A DNA stretch of 63,211 bases, filler included, from Reclinomonas americana ATCC 50394 (Eukaryota): NCBI GenBank assembly GCA_048213135.1. It is 56 parts of 56 records of this genome, joined end to end, with 100 filler letters (N's around TTAATTAATTAA, not from the genome) between each part and the next. Parts side by side here need not be neighbours in the genome. Positions count along the whole stretch, not along the records: positions 37,387 to 38,417 come from AFZH01026778.1; positions 38,518 to 39,546 come from AFZH01026779.1; positions 39,647 to 40,673 come from AFZH01026780.1; positions 40,774 to 41,798 come from AFZH01026781.1; positions 41,899 to 42,928 come from AFZH01026782.1; positions 43,029 to 44,058 come from AFZH01026783.1; positions 44,159 to 45,186 come from AFZH01026784.1; positions 45,287 to 46,314 come from AFZH01026785.1; 48 more parts are not named here. One strand, 5' to 3'. Position numbers and translations under genes: made by a program. This document shows, piece after piece, positions 37,387-51,019 of the stretch. Positions within the stretch are counted from its first letter, which is position 1; the number at the start of each line of letters is the position of its first letter. The notes beneath the pieces were generated by a model, which saw nothing but the letters and a program-made list of their open reading frames with translations, ran no database searches and was not told the origin of the DNA.

Positions 37387-38323
37387 CGACGCCGGCGCAG
37401 GAGTGGACGTGGAGACGGCACCCACTGGCAACTGGCGGCGTGGTGGCAGGGTACGTGCCTCTCTGCCCGACTGTGTGAAACTGTGAATGTCTCCCTTCTC
37501 ACCGCCGTACACAGAAAGTCAAGGTCGTCTACAAAACGGTTGACGAACTGCTCCGGTCGGTGGCTCCGTCCGCGCAAAAGCAGCTCATCATCGACTACAC
37601 CTCGGGAGTGGAGCGAGTGCTGCCGAGTCTGGCTGGTGCCTCGGCTGCGGCACCGGCGGCCGTCGCACCACACGAGCACATCAAGGGTCCGCTGAAGGAG
37701 CTGCGCTACAATCTGCAGCGCCTCGCAGAGCTCAGCGAGAGAGACGTGCTGGAGTTTAACCGGCGACGAAGGTATGTGCTGCAAGTCCTACCCGCGGATG
37801 TCGTGCCTTTCTCCTCCTCACATCGTGGTGGTGGTGTGGGAAATCAGCACGGCCGCCGACAAGCTGGTTAATTTGCAACACGAGGCCAAGACGCTGGAGA
37901 CCAGGCTCGGTGAGATCGAGCAGCGAGCGAAGCGCGTGACAGAGGTTCTAGACATTGCGCGGCGCTGTCACAAGATGGTGACGGAGGCGCGCGTACAAGG
38001 TCAGTTGTTGTTTGCAATCGTGTCCGTCCCTCTTGTGTCGTCTGTCTGTCTCATTGGTGTGAGCAGAGCAAACGGCATCGCTGTTGGAGTCGCTGGTGGA
38101 TGTGTTTGACAATCTGAAGCACCGCTACCCCGTCGAGTACATGCAGTACGGCGTGCCGGCCATTGCGGCCTCGATTGCCGCTCCCGAAATCAAGAGACGG
38201 CTGGGCACGTGGAATCCGCTGACGGACGCGGAGATGGCCGCACAAATACTACGACCGTGGAAGTTGTTGTTGACCGCCGGCGGTGGCGACGGTGAGGAGC
38301 AGCGAGTGGGAGAATGGGTTGAT
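37387..38323 (+). CDS. TFIP11: Tuftelin-interacting protein 11 (Ntr1/STIP spliceosome disassembly factor), partial
   Basis: YKTVDEL, IIDYT, LKELRYNLQRL..L.E, F..LKHRYP.EY..Y, A.....P....L..WNPL.D. Confidence 0.82.
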
Positions 38324-38344
38324 GGTATGAGTTTGCATGTCTCA

Positions 38345-38392
<48 letters not shown>

Positions 38393-39646
38393 GCCGTCAG
38401 AGTCGCCGCAGATCGACNNNNNNNNNNNNNNNNNNNNNNNNNNNNNNNNNNNNNNNNNNNNTTAATTAATTAANNNNNNNNNNNNNNNNNNNNNNNNNNN
38501 NNNNNNNNNNNNNNNNNGGAGAAAGAGAGGGATGTGCGGCATTTTTTGTTCACGCACCGCATCAACGACTCGTACTCGGGAATGAGAGTGGTCACCGCAG
38601 CCAAAGACGACTGTGTGGCGAGTGCACAACGGAGTGCATGTCGCAGCGACAACATCGCGCAGTATCCACACAACGTATTGGAGGAACCGACGAATTCCAG
38701 CCAGTACTGCAGAGGGGTGGTGGCGAGTGAGAACACGCAACAGCATCGGCACAATCGGCACACGCGTGGTGGTGGACATATCGACGCGCAACATCACGCA
38801 AAAACTCGAGGTCGGTCCAGTAAAGAGTCTCCGTAATCATCGGCAACACCTGCAGGGCCATGCGGCGCACCTCAAATACGGTAGACGTGACGCTCTCCAC
38901 GGTCTGGAACCAGATCATGCGCAGCGTGGCGCCAATTGGAGCAACTGGCGCGCCACGAGCAGCAGCCGCTCTGCAGAACGACACACTGATGGTGAGTACG
39001 CGTGTTCACCCAATCTGGAGGTGGAGACACGCAACTGTGGGGTTTGTCGTGCAGACGTGGGCATTCGCCGGAGCTGATCCAGAATGGAGACAGCTGGTGA
39101 GTTGCGTGCCCCCGATGTCGCCACACCCTGCATCGTTGTCAGTGCGTCGGCAATGGAAACAGCGAACCCTGGATCGTACGACGCGCAACTGGTGGTACTG
39201 ACGAAGCCGCGTGTTGAAACGAAGGATGCATGGGACTGGAGAGGACGGCACGAGTCGGCGTGACTTCAAGCGCTGCCGTACTCGGTGAAGGTTGTGTGGA
39301 GCCGACGGCGGGTGACGGTGGCACAGACGACACCTCCATGTGCATCGTGCCCATGTCGGGAGTCGATACTGCCACCAGCAAAACAAGTAAGCAACGAAGT
39401 AACGACGACGGACGATAGACCAACGTGGAAACGAACTTGCGTGGCGCACAGGTGGGCGAGCAGCTGCTGGCATCAACACCTGTGGAGGCGAGGCCAGTGG
39501 TGGTGGTGGTGAGAAGGCACCGGGAGTGTTGGAGCGACTGTGATGANNNNNNNNNNNNNNNNNNNNNNNNNNNNNNNNNNNNNNNNNNNNTTAATTAATT
39601 AANNNNNNNNNNNNNNNNNNNNNNNNNNNNNNNNNNNNNNNNNNNN

Positions 39647-40216
39647 CCGCGCGAACGCAACTCATCGTGGAGCGCTTCGCCGAAGGAGAGCACGATAGGA
39701 CTTCGTCGCGGCATAGGCCGCATAAGTGGGAACCGGCTGGAAGGCCAGCAGACTGGCGACGAGAAGCATCTCGCCGGAGCCTCGGCTGGCCATGTCCCGC
39801 CCGAAGACGTAGCTCAGCTCGGTCAGCGCCGTCACGTTGAGCTGGATCATCTCGGCGGTGCGCGCGAACGGCGTGTCGAGAAAGTCGCCGTGCAGGCCGA
39901 AACCCGCATTGTTGACCAGGAGATCGATCCGCAGGGCCTTCGCGTCCAGTTTCTCTTTCAAGCGGCCGGCAGCGCCGGGAGCGGAGAGGTCGACCGGCTC
40001 GACATGGATCTCGACACCGTGCTTCCGGCGAAGCTCGGAGGCGAGCCTTTCCATCGGCTCGCGTCGCCGCGCCGCGAGCACGAGATTGACTTTTCGAGCC
40101 GCCAGAAGCTCGGCGAATTCGACGCCGAGGCCGCTCGATGCGCCCGTCACAAGGGCCCATTTTCCCGAGGGCGCGTTCAAGGTGCTTCCAGCCGGGGAAC
40201 CGCTCACGTTCTGCAT
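39647..40216 (-). CDS. Bacterial short-chain dehydrogenase/reductase, 5' part, apparent +1 frameshift near 39694
   Basis: ALVTGASSGLG, LAARR, LVNNAGFG, YAATK; removing one C restores YVLSFGEALHDELR. Confidence 0.9.
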
Positions 40217-40289
40217 GTGGTGACCTTTCGAATAGATGCCCCTATGCATCGTGCGAAACCCGCGGTTCGATGACGGCGGAAGGTTGAGT

Positions 40290-40673
40290 TTAGCGTCGCG
40301 GACGGTCGCGGTAGACGGGATAGAAGACTGCGAAAGCGCCAACCGAGGTCGCCATCATGACGATGGCGAGCGAGACCGACGGCGAGAACGGCATCGTGCT
40401 CGCCAGCGTCGAACCGATGGCGGCGCTGCCCATCTGCAGGAAGCCGAGCAGGGCAGAGGCCGAGCCGGCCTGACGGCCAAAGGGCTGCAGCGCGATCGCC
40501 GTGCCGAGCGGATTGATCAGCCCCATGCCGAAGAGGACGATAGACAGTGCCGCAGTGAAGGTAAGGTAGGATGGCTGCGACGCGACCGCGATCATCGCCA
40601 GCGCGCCGGCGGCGAAGACGATCAGCCCAGCGAAGCCGGTGGTCCGGTCGCCATGGCGCCGCGCCAGCCAAGG
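40290..40673 (-). CDS. Bacterial MFS efflux transporter (Bcr/CflA-like), C-terminus
   Basis: LFGMGL.NP...A.ALQPF...AG.ASALLGFLQM and terminal TM helices. Confidence 0.85.
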   Translation of the reverse strand, partial: PWLARRHGDRTTGFAGLIVFAAGALAMIAVASQPSYLTFTAALSIVLFGMGLINPLGTAIALQPFGRQAGSASALLGFLQMGSAAIGSTLASTMPFSPSVSLAIVMMATSVGAFAVFYPVYRDRPRR

Positions 40674-41468
40674 NNNNNNNNNNNNNNNNNNNNNNNNNNN
40701 NNNNNNNNNNNNNNNNNTTAATTAATTAANNNNNNNNNNNNNNNNNNNNNNNNNNNNNNNNNNNNNNNNNNNNGAGAGAGAGAGAGAGAGAAGGAGGTGG
40801 CCCTCGCGTGACTTGCGACGAACTGTGATCGAATGACTAGACGGCGGGGACACACAGACGTCGACCACTGCGAGCGCTAGAAAGGCCTCTTCACATGCGC
40901 AACACCCGCAATAACAACGTCCACAGCTGCACAACAAAGCAACAGCAAAGCAGACGCGTTTGAAGCAAATTAATTCGAACTCGAATTCGAAGTCGACGTC
41001 GACGTCGCCTGTAGCTGCAACAACACAGACAACTCTTCCAGGTGCCTCCTCATATATGAAAGACACGTAGCAGTAGCCTCCACCGCGCCCAACAATAGCA
41101 ATAGCAAAGCACACGACGTCGTCTTTGAAACGAATTCGCGATCGCGATCGATCGCGAAGTCGTCCAGGCTTGTGGTCGCTTGCAGCTGCAACAACGCAGA
41201 CAACTATTCCAGATGCCTCTTCACATGCGCAACACGTAACAACAGCCTCCACAGCTGCACAGCAATAGCAAAAGCACAGCAGGCGTCGACGTCGACTTCG
41301 AATTCGAATTCCGTGAAGATTGCAAGTGACTTCTCAATCGCAAAGCCATGCATCTTGGCTTGCCTCGCAGTTGCAACAACACTGACGAATGATACACGTC
41401 GCTGCGTTCACAAGAGACAGAGGCATACAGGGTTGTCCTGCGCAGGGGGTTTGCATTGATTGTATTTC

Positions 41469-41698
41469 AATGTCCGAGGGCAGCAGTGCTTCCTCGCCTC
41501 CTCCTCCTCCTCCTCCTGCTGCTGCTGCTCCCTCAATGATGGAGGAAGCAGCGGAGGAGGAACAAGGAGTTGGAGAGTGGGTGGACGTGGAGATTGCTCT
41601 GCCTCTGCGCTCTCCGCACCAGGAACGCCCGCGCACTGTTGTGTGGAATGTGCATCGGCGGTATCGCGTGTTGCCGAATCATATTCTGGGAATGGGTG
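41469..41698 (+). CDS. First exon of a probable protein kinase
   Basis: Low-complexity N-terminus, then RYRVLPNHILGMG (start of a Gly-rich loop), ending at GTTGCGT plus an AG microsatellite. Confidence 0.55.
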
Positions 41699-41898
41699 GT
41701 TGCGTCGGGAGAGAGAGAGAGAGAAGGGAGAGAGAGAGGAGGGGAGGGGGGGAGGAGAGAGAGAGGAGGAGAGGAGGAGAGAGAGAGACGAGAGAGAGNN
41801 NNNNNNNNNNNNNNNNNNNNNNNNNNNNNNNNNNNNNNNNNNTTAATTAATTAANNNNNNNNNNNNNNNNNNNNNNNNNNNNNNNNNNNNNNNNNNNN

Positions 41899-42062
41899 AA
41901 AGGGGAAGACGAAAGGGGAAGACGAAAGGGGAAGACGAAGGGGAAGACGAAAGGGGAAGACGGAAGGGGGAAGACGAAGGGGGAAGACGAAGGGGGAAGA
42001 CGAAGGGGGAGACGAAGGGGAAGAAGACGAAGGGGAAGACAAAGGGGGAAGACAAAGGGGGA
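41899..42062. repeat. 13-nt purine minisatellite (GGGGAAGACGAAA/G)
   Basis: About 10-12 imperfect tandem copies. Confidence 0.85.
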
Positions 42063-42842
42063 AGAGAAGGAGAAGAGAAAGGGAGAAGAGTGAAGGGGAA
42101 GAGTGAAGGGGAAAAGTGAAGGGGAAGAGAGGAGGGAAGAGAAAAGGGAAGAGAGGTAGAATGGGAACAAGAAGGTGAATGAAAGGGAAGAGAAGGGGGG
42201 AGAGCAAGCGGGAACATGGGGGGGGGAAGGTGGCAGACGGAGCAAGAGCGAAACAGCGGAGAGTATTGTAACCAGGCGGGAACAGTTTGCAAGTGTCTCC
42301 CAAAATCCTTTCTCTCCCTCACTCTTCCAGACTCTCGCTGTCCTGAGCACCTTTGTTGCGCCATCTGCGTTGTTGTTCTCGTCTCCCGGATGCAAAATAC
42401 ATGTGCGTGTGAGAGAGACGGGAAGAGAGCACGAGAGACCACGCGATAAGGAAGCCGACAAGCGAGTTGCAAGGCACAGAGGATTGCATCAGGAACACAG
42501 TGCGACTTCTCTCTCTCCTGCCTCTGCTGCCTTTCTTTCTCCTCCCTCTCCCTTCTCCCTTCCCTCCTTCTCCCTTTCACTCACCACCCTCTCCCCCTGC
42601 ACCAACCGCATCGCCATCTCCACCACTCGATGCACACTCATCGCCGACAAGCTCCCACTCTGCACGACTTCAAGAGCGTCGCGAAGGGCGCCCGTCGACG
42701 CTGCAGCAACAGCAGCACTCGTGTCCTCGTCCTCTTCTTCTTCCTCTTGATCATCGTCATCGTCGTTGACAATCACCACTGATGACAATGATGATTTTTT
42801 CGAAGCAGGGTGATCATCAGTCGAAATAATGTTGTCAATGTC

Positions 42843-42887
<45 letters not shown>

Positions 42888-44158
42888 GGGGAGGAGAGAG
42901 AGAGGAGGTAGGGTGGAGGAGGAGGAGGNNNNNNNNNNNNNNNNNNNNNNNNNNNNNNNNNNNNNNNNNNNNTTAATTAATTAANNNNNNNNNNNNNNNN
43001 NNNNNNNNNNNNNNNNNNNNNNNNNNNNTTGTCGCCCTTTCACGTCTGTGTGGCTGACACCATCCGATCGCAGCACGGCTCGCCGAACATTCCGTGGCAG
43101 GGGTCGAGGGCGCGGACGAGGGCGCGGTCGGGGTCGAGGCCGAGGTCGTGGTCGCGGTCGTCCACCTGGCCCGTAAATTCCCCCTCCACATGTCTGTCTC
43201 AGTTTTCTTGTCCATTACAACACATTAGCGTTCGCTTCTGCTTCTTTGGCTTTTCTTTTTCTCTCTCCACTCACACACTCACTCACGCTCAAGCAAACGT
43301 GCTCGCATGCTCATCGCACAGCCGGGCGACCGCCACACGGTGCTCCTGCGGAACCATGTTCCAGTAGCGCGAGCTAGTCGCCTGCGTGCACATGTAGTTG
43401 AGCGAGCGCGGTGCCTGCGACGGCTCCTCCACCGACTGCAACAGCGCCAGCTGCATCACATCGTGCGCCGACACACTCGTCTTGGCACGCAAATCGGCGC
43501 GCATCTGCTCACTGCAGTCGACCAGCAACTGCGCCAGACGGTCGTCGCTCATTGCCCCGCCAATCTTGTCCACGCAGTTGGCCAGTGTCGCCACGCGCAA
43601 CACGCGGTGCACTGCAAGATAAAGAGTGAGTGAGCGACTTGTCAGAGGAGCGAGAGAGAGACAAGCGCGCAACGATAGGTCGTCAAGTCGGCACTCTCTG
43701 TGCCCACTGCGGCCGCACCACCTTCGCCTCCCAGTGCGCCCACATCAGTGGCACTCACCAGCTGGCTCACCACAAGCAGCGACAACAACACCAATGTCAA
43801 CGAGTAGCGCCTGCGACACACACGCACACACACACAGTCAGTCACACGCACACAGGCACACAGGCACATGCGCGCAGAGAACTCAACAGCATCTTTTCTC
43901 AGAAAACAAAGCGCGAATGAGATCGATCCAACGTTCGTGTGGACAGACGACAAACCAGCCGGTGCTCGCGTGCCGTTGTCATCAATCATCAATGGCGAGC
44001 GCGCCCTTGCCTGCAGAAGGCAGTGTGCCGCCTGTGTACAGTGACGCACCACCAGCGGNNNNNNNNNNNNNNNNNNNNNNNNNNNNNNNNNNNNNNNNNN
44101 NNTTAATTAATTAANNNNNNNNNNNNNNNNNNNNNNNNNNNNNNNNNNNNNNNNNNNN

Positions 44159-45023
44159 CGCGCCAGTTTGTCGAACAACGAGGAAACGAGCGATGCAACG
44201 CCTTTCTCGAGGCTCGCATGCCGAAGCGTGGAGTGAAACCACAGCCGTACGTGACACCGGCCGACAAGCTCAAGTCCTTTATCGAGGACAAGTACATTCG
44301 ACGACGATGGCTCGATCCGGCATCGGCCGATGCGTTTGCCGTGTTTCTCACTCCGGGCGGAGCGCAGTCGCAGCCTGTGGCAGGAGAAGCATCATCATCC
44401 GTGCCACCACAACAGCCTGCGCCACCACCGGCAGCGGTCAATCCGTCGATTCCTCTGCCGCGTGTGGTGCTGGTGGACCAGTCCATTGCGGTGCCTGCCA
44501 ATGCGCGACCTCAGCCGGTGCCGATCAGTGCACCGCCACCCACGCCACCAGCACCACCTGCCGTCGCCACACCGTCGCCGACGCAAAAAGATTCACACGA
44601 CTCGAGTGATGAGGACGACACTAGTGAATCCAGTGACGAGGATGACGAGGAGGAGGAGGAGCGTGGAGGATCCGGAAGCGGCGTCGAGGAGCACATTCGG
44701 AAAGGATTCGATCGAGTCACCATGTTGCGTGCAGACTTTGTAGTGAGTGCACCCTTTCACGCCCACTAATTGTTGACGCTGTCAGTGTGATGCCGCGTGG
44801 GCCGTATCTGGTGTCGCCTGTGCCGCGGGCCGTTCGTCAAATGTACTTTGGCGTCCAGCACCTGCTGCAGGGCACGGTGACGGTGCGAGTGCCGGAACCC
44901 TCCGACCCGCCGTTGCCGCCCCCGCAGATGCACGATCCGCTGTACCCGTACAATGTTCACTCGTTCGCTGTGGTGCCTGGCATGCAGCGAACATCGTGGG
45001 TCCTCGCTCGAGTGGCCGACTGA
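44159..45023 (+). CDS. ArfGAP-domain protein, 3' part, intron 44724-44785
   Basis: GNERCNAFLEA...KP......FIEDKYIRRRW is the ArfGAP C-terminal motif; followed by a Pro-rich and acidic region. Confidence 0.78.
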
Positions 45024-48000
45024 CCATGTTATTGTGAAAAAAGCGACAAAACACAAGACAGCCTTCTGTACATGTTTCACTTTACTTGCATCCGTCTCAT
45101 GTCTCGTCCACGCCAGAGGATTGCGATCGACCGCTGTTGCGGCGGCGTCGCACCGTCACCGACGGTGGTGGATCGCGATAAATCAGNNNNNNNNNNNNNN
45201 NNNNNNNNNNNNNNNNNNNNNNNNNNNNNNTTAATTAATTAANNNNNNNNNNNNNNNNNNNNNNNNNNNNNNNNNNNNNNNNNNNNAAGGGGGTAGGAAG
45301 AACACCTGACGGCAAAGGACAGGCACCGAAAGCGACAAGTATGCAGAAGAGAGAGGAGGAGAGGAGAGGAGGCGAACGGACTGGAGAAGGGTCCGGAAAG
45401 AGAGAGAGAGAGAGCGAGAAAGAAAGAATGGGAAGGGACAAGTGTGCAGAAGCGAGAAAAGAGAGATAGACACACCCCGCCTCTCTCCACCCTCTCCACC
45501 CTCTCCACCCTCTCCATCACCCTCCCCTCCACACACCTCATCCGGCTGCAACGCGCCCACAATACACTCCTCCTCCGCCTGAAACTCGCGCACATACGCC
45601 TCCAACACCTTCCGTCGATGCACCAACTCCCGCGACGACGACAACCGCGCCAGCTTGTGCCACTTGCCTCGCCCAAACGCCTCCGAGACCGCCAGAGGAT
45701 CCTCCGGCTCAATGTCAGGTCGCACCGCGTGCCGCGCAATCAGCCGCTGATTGGCGTCGAAACCGCGTGGGAAGATGGAGCGAGAGGAGGATCCTGAAGA
45801 GGAGGAGTCGTCGCTGTCGAGGCCGAGCTCTTTGCGGATGAGCGAAAACATTTTTTGTGATTTGATAAACGACCGGACGCGCGAGCATGGTTTGTCCGAT
45901 CGACTGTCCACCATAAGTGTGGGAAAGAAAGTAGAAAAACCGAAGTGTGCCATTGGTCTCTGATCGTACTCTCTCACTGCATGAATCTGCAGCGATACGT
46001 GCTCGATATCGAAATCGATAATAAGAAACTTCACTGATCCATACAAGTAACAACAACAAACAAAACACGTACACAAACAACAATTCATTCACCAACAAAC
46101 AAGCAACAGCTGTCTTGATGACCAAGTTCAACCGTATCACAAATCCCTTGCAATTGTCGACAATGACGAAGGCACAGACTCCCATTTTTCTTCTCCAAAC
46201 AGTCATCTTCCCTTTCAGGAGGCAAAGCCATGCAATCGCGTACTTTACGAATCCAAACAGCAACACAACTGCATGATGATCACCAATCTTGAGGCAGCAG
46301 CAGGTTCCTTGTGTNNNNNNNNNNNNNNNNNNNNNNNNNNNNNNNNNNNNNNNNNNNNTTAATTAATTAANNNNNNNNNNNNNNNNNNNNNNNNNNNNNN
46401 NNNNNNNNNNNNNNGACACCACACAACAGAATCATCGCGTGAATGGGATGTGTGTGTGTGCACGAGTGGGCGATGTCACACACACACACACCAGCAACAT
46501 GGCAGACAGCTCGCCTGTGCTCGCCACCAACGATCGCGCTGCGGCGGTGTCTGATGAGGAGAATGCACCGCCGAGCAGCAGTGGTCCATCGACCGAGTCG
46601 CGCACTGCAGAGGCCTCTGCTGCTGTTGTTGTTGTTGTGGTTGTTGTCGTGCGAGAGTGGCGACTGCTTTCGTCGCCATCGTGATCGACAAAGGCAGCGA
46701 GTGCCGATACGCCACGACGATAGGCGTGACGAGGATCGCTGCTCTGCATGCTCTCTTCTTGAAAAGATGGTTGTCCTGCGACGTTTTTCGATCGACGTCG
46801 GTGCCAACGTGCTGCAAAACGCCCAAGTCCTCACTGACGCCTGTCAGCCGCCGGGAGGTCAAGGTTGACCAAAAACGTGTGTGTTATTCTACATTTAGTG
46901 GCGAGACGAGAAAATGGTCCTCCGCCGGAACGATGAGCGTTCGCCCTCGTCGAAGAAGAGCTGCATGGCCTTGCGAAACCTGCATACAGTCGATCGATAT
47001 CGACGTCGTGTGAGTTGCAGCCGATATGCTGAGCAGGGGGAAAAGAGATCGCTCGACTCAACTCCTCGTACGTTAGCTCCTCTGCGCTGCCGCCGGCTGT
47101 CATTAGCCGCATGAATTCGTACTCGACACTGTACGTTGTCACTCGGGCGATCAGAATCAAGCGACTGCAAAGCACATTGCTGCGTATCCTCGAACCGTAA
47201 AGGCGTGAGAATGACCTTGTCCGAGTGCCTCATCGCGTTGCGCAACACCAGCAATGCCTGTGTCACCCGAGAGACAAAAACGATATATCAGTTGCAAGGC
47301 AGCGATCGCCCGATCCCGACACCCCATTCCATACCTCGTCGGCACTGATGGTACCGCTCTTGTCCATGTCGGCGGCCTCAAACATGACTGGAAGGAGAAC
47401 AATGAACACAACCGCGAGAGTGAGACAGGCCAGCATGCAAGCNNNNNNNNNNNNNNNNNNNNNNNNNNNNNNNNNNNNNNNNNNNNTTAATTAATTAANN
47501 NNNNNNNNNNNNNNNNNNNNNNNNNNNNNNNNNNNNNNNNNNCACGGCCGCCTGCATGTGCCGTCGCATGCCCACCTTTCAGTTGAGCGGCGACGTCTCG
47601 GAACTGTCGCAGCTCGCATGAACACGCGCCATCGTGACTGCGGCGTGCTTGTGAATGTTTTTGTGAGTGGGATTTTGTGTCTGCCACTCGTTGTGTTCCT
47701 GCGTTTGAGTCTCCTTTGTCTCTCTCATTGTGAAGGATACATGAAATGGATGAGTAAACAAATAGCAGGTCTGTATTGCGCAGTTGCTGAACCACGCAGA
47801 CAGTCACTACCGCTTCTATTCCTTGCTTTTTAGATCATACATCAATGACAGAGGGTCAGAAGACAGTACTCACAGTTTCATCTCACGCAAAGATCAATAG
47901 CGCAGTATCGCACGTGTCGCTAACACAGCAATTCAAACGACATCCGCACCGCGAAGTCATAAAGCGCGATTTCTATGAGCCAGTGCGCAGTGATCACTCG

Positions 48001-48670
48001 CGCACTCGTCAGGATACAGTGACAACTCTTGAATCATCTCGTGCCAGTAAATTATTACGCGTATGTGCTTCTGGAACTCGAAGAACGCATTCTCATCAAA
48101 TGTTTGCATGATGTGAGGATGTCGCATTGCAGTCGGATGAAAACGCAGCGATGAAGGCGGCAAGCTTGGCAACAACGACCTCCGCGGTGTCAAGGGGGAG
48201 CTGCATCAATGGTCACCTTCATCGGCAACAGATGCGACATGCAAACAGGCTGTACAGTGCATCGTCAGATCGCTGTGGTTTCTTCGCACAGAGAAAGTGG
48301 GCAACGAGTGGATTACCTTGTGATGGTCAATCAACACACACGGCATACAGTTTTAGGGCGAGGATAACATCTGTGTTCTTACATCACATGTGACCTCATC
48401 GCAAACAAGCTGGTGTACATTCGAGGGTTCATACACGCTCGCAGTTGTACTCATCACAAAATTACATCGGTGAAATCCGGCAGGAAGGAGCCGAAAATGC
48501 GCTCAAGGAATCCTTCATGACGGTGCACAAGAGAAGTATCTTCTTCACGTGGAACAATGTAATGGCCATCNNNNNNNNNNNNNNNNNNNNNNNNNNNNNN
48601 NNNNNNNNNNNNNNTTAATTAATTAANNNNNNNNNNNNNNNNNNNNNNNNNNNNNNNNNNNNNNNNNNNN

Positions 48671-49191
48671 TGATGCATGATTGGACGCAACGAGCGAGAA
48701 GCGATTGCGCATCAGCTTACGCCGGGGCTCATCAATGGTGAAGGTCTTGGCCAGCGGGGTGTTCTTCCTCTCCTTCTTCTTGCCCTCAATGGCCACCTTC
48801 TTCACCCTGAGGGCGGCAACAAAAATTTGTAAGGACCACATGTCGCACTCACCACACTCAACTCACTCACTCGCTCACTCACACAAGCCACCACCACGAA
48901 AATGCACATGAACAGCACATCACAGAGTCACGCACAGAGAGAGACAGCGCACAGTGTGCGACAGTGTGTGCGCGCGACAGTGCGTGAGTGTGCATGTGCA
49001 CATGTGACCTCGCGCGCCCCACTCTTCCCGCTCACACGGTCTCCTCACACACTCTGCACTCTCTCCCACGCTCACAAAGTACGCAACTTGTGATAGCGGC
49101 GGCGCTTGAGCGAATCCGAGCGGCCGTAGCGCTCGATGCCCTTGATGATGTTCGGGTTGCGCGTGCGCCCCTTCTTCTGTGCGTCAGCCAT
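48671..49191 (-). CDS. RPL6: 60S ribosomal protein L6 (eL6), 5' part, intron 48807-49087
   Basis: RNPNIIKGIERYGRS...KRR.Y.K matches the eL6 N-terminal domain; the spliced continuation is Lys/Arg-rich. Confidence 0.8.
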
Positions 49192-49534
49192 CGATTCTCT
49201 GAGTAACGTACAAGAGTCCTCTCCTGATGGTGCTGCGCGGGTGAGCACAGGGCGACAATGGAAAGCACAACGGGGCGTCTGCGCGTGACTGACCGCTGAG
49301 GTATGTGATGTACTCCAGTCGGTCGAGTGGCGCCAGTGGGCGGGCCGGACGTGTGGAAATCGCAACAGGCGTGCGGTGTGCGCGGTGCTTTGTCTGTGTG
49401 TGTGCGTGTGTGCAGTGGCGAGGAGGGTATCGAGTGTGTGCGCTAATCGTGAAAGAGAGTGGCTTGTTGACGTTCTGTGGATTATCATCATCGGTCGGTC
49501 GGTGGACTGGTGGAATTACTATCGTTATTTGTCG

Positions 49535-49634
49535 ATGTTTTGGCGAGCGGTAGGCACTGCTATTCGAGAGACCGGGCAGGCACTGGACCGCCTGGGCAGC
49601 CGTCTGCAAGGAAAGGCTGGTTTCTTGGAGCAAT
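49535..49634 (+). CDS. Mitochondrial gamma-carbonic anhydrase (complex I subunit), first exon
   Basis: AVG.AIRETGQALDRLG.RLQG...F.EQ is the characteristic N-terminus of eukaryotic gamma-CA. Confidence 0.9.
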
Positions 49635-50354
49635 GTTGCGTATGCAGTGACTGAAGAAGAAGAGAGAAGAGAGCAGAGTGAGAGAGAGAGCAAGAAGANN
49701 NNNNNNNNNNNNNNNNNNNNNNNNNNNNNNNNNNNNNNNNNNTTAATTAATTAANNNNNNNNNNNNNNNNNNNNNNNNNNNNNNNNNNNNNNNNNNNNAA
49801 AGGAGTGTGCATGAGTGTGAACCTGCAGCAATCGTATCGTGTGCGTCGCGCACTCACTATATTCAGTGCATTCGTTCTGACCGCCACACGCCTGCAGCGA
49901 CGCCAAAATCAACAAACACACAACAACGCTATCATCATCATCACCACAGCTTGAAGCGACTGAAGAAGCTCTTCTTTTCCTCCGGTTGTCTGTGGAAGGG
50001 GGGAAGGGCGAAGGGGGGAAAGGGGGAGGGAGTGAGTGATTATGAGAGGCAAAGAGGGAATGAGCGAACGCGGAAGTCGCAGTCATCGAAGGAAACGCGA
50101 GACAGAAGGGAAAGAGAAATGAGGCATGGAGAGGAGACACTGAGTGAGTGCGGAAGATCACACATGTCAGCAAGGTCATAACACCGTGCTGCTCAGAGGT
50201 CGCGAGACAATGGGAAGTGGGATGGACACGAGAAAGTGAGTGTGAGCCGAAACGCGCACGCATCAGCAAAGTCTGAAAGGCTCACGAAATATGTCACAGG
50301 TGGCACGGCACAGGAGAAGGGGACAGTACGCGAGAGGAGGAGATAGGGAGGAAA

Positions 50355-50730
50355 GAGAGTTCGCGTGGAAAGTCACACGTATCAATCACAAAAATATTCC
50401 AAAGCGCTCTGCTCGAAGAATGCAAGATAAGAGAGAAGAAGGAAGAGCGGGATGGATAAAAGTGAGTGAGTCGAAGGGACAGGCATCAGCAAGGTCAGCC
50501 AAAGAACTAATCTACAAATACAGAGAATGATATGGGGAGAGAGAGAGAGAGAGAGACAGAGAGTTCGCGTGGAAAGTCACACGCAGAAATCAAAATGGTC
50601 TCCCAAAGTGCTCCGCTCGAAGAATGCAAGACAAAAAGAAAGTGGTAGAGCGGGATGGAAAACAGAGAGTGAGTTGAAGCGGACACGCGCATGCATCAGC
50701 AAGGTCAGCCAGAGAACTAATCCACAAATG
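50355..50730. repeat. Tandem duplication of about 200 bp, diverged
   Basis: AGAGAGTTCGCGTGGAAAGTCACACG ... GCTCGAAGAATGCAAGA ... GCATCAGCAAGGTCAGCCA occurs twice, starting near 50355 and 50558. Confidence 0.85.
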
Positions 50731-50758
50731 ACCTAGGAAATGAGGCACAGCAATATGA

Positions 50759-50811
<53 letters not shown>

Positions 50812-51019
50812 AGAAAGAAAGAAAGNNNNNNNNNNNNNNNNNNNNNNNNNNNNNNNNNNNNNNNNNNNNTTAATTAATTAANNNNNNNNNNNNNNNNNNN
50901 NNNNNNNNNNNNNNNNNNNNNNNNNTCGCCACCACCACAAGTGTACCGCTGCAGTTCTGCACAATTGCACAAGTCGTTAGAAGTGCTGATGAGACTGTGC
51001 TTCATGGTGTGCACCGGAT

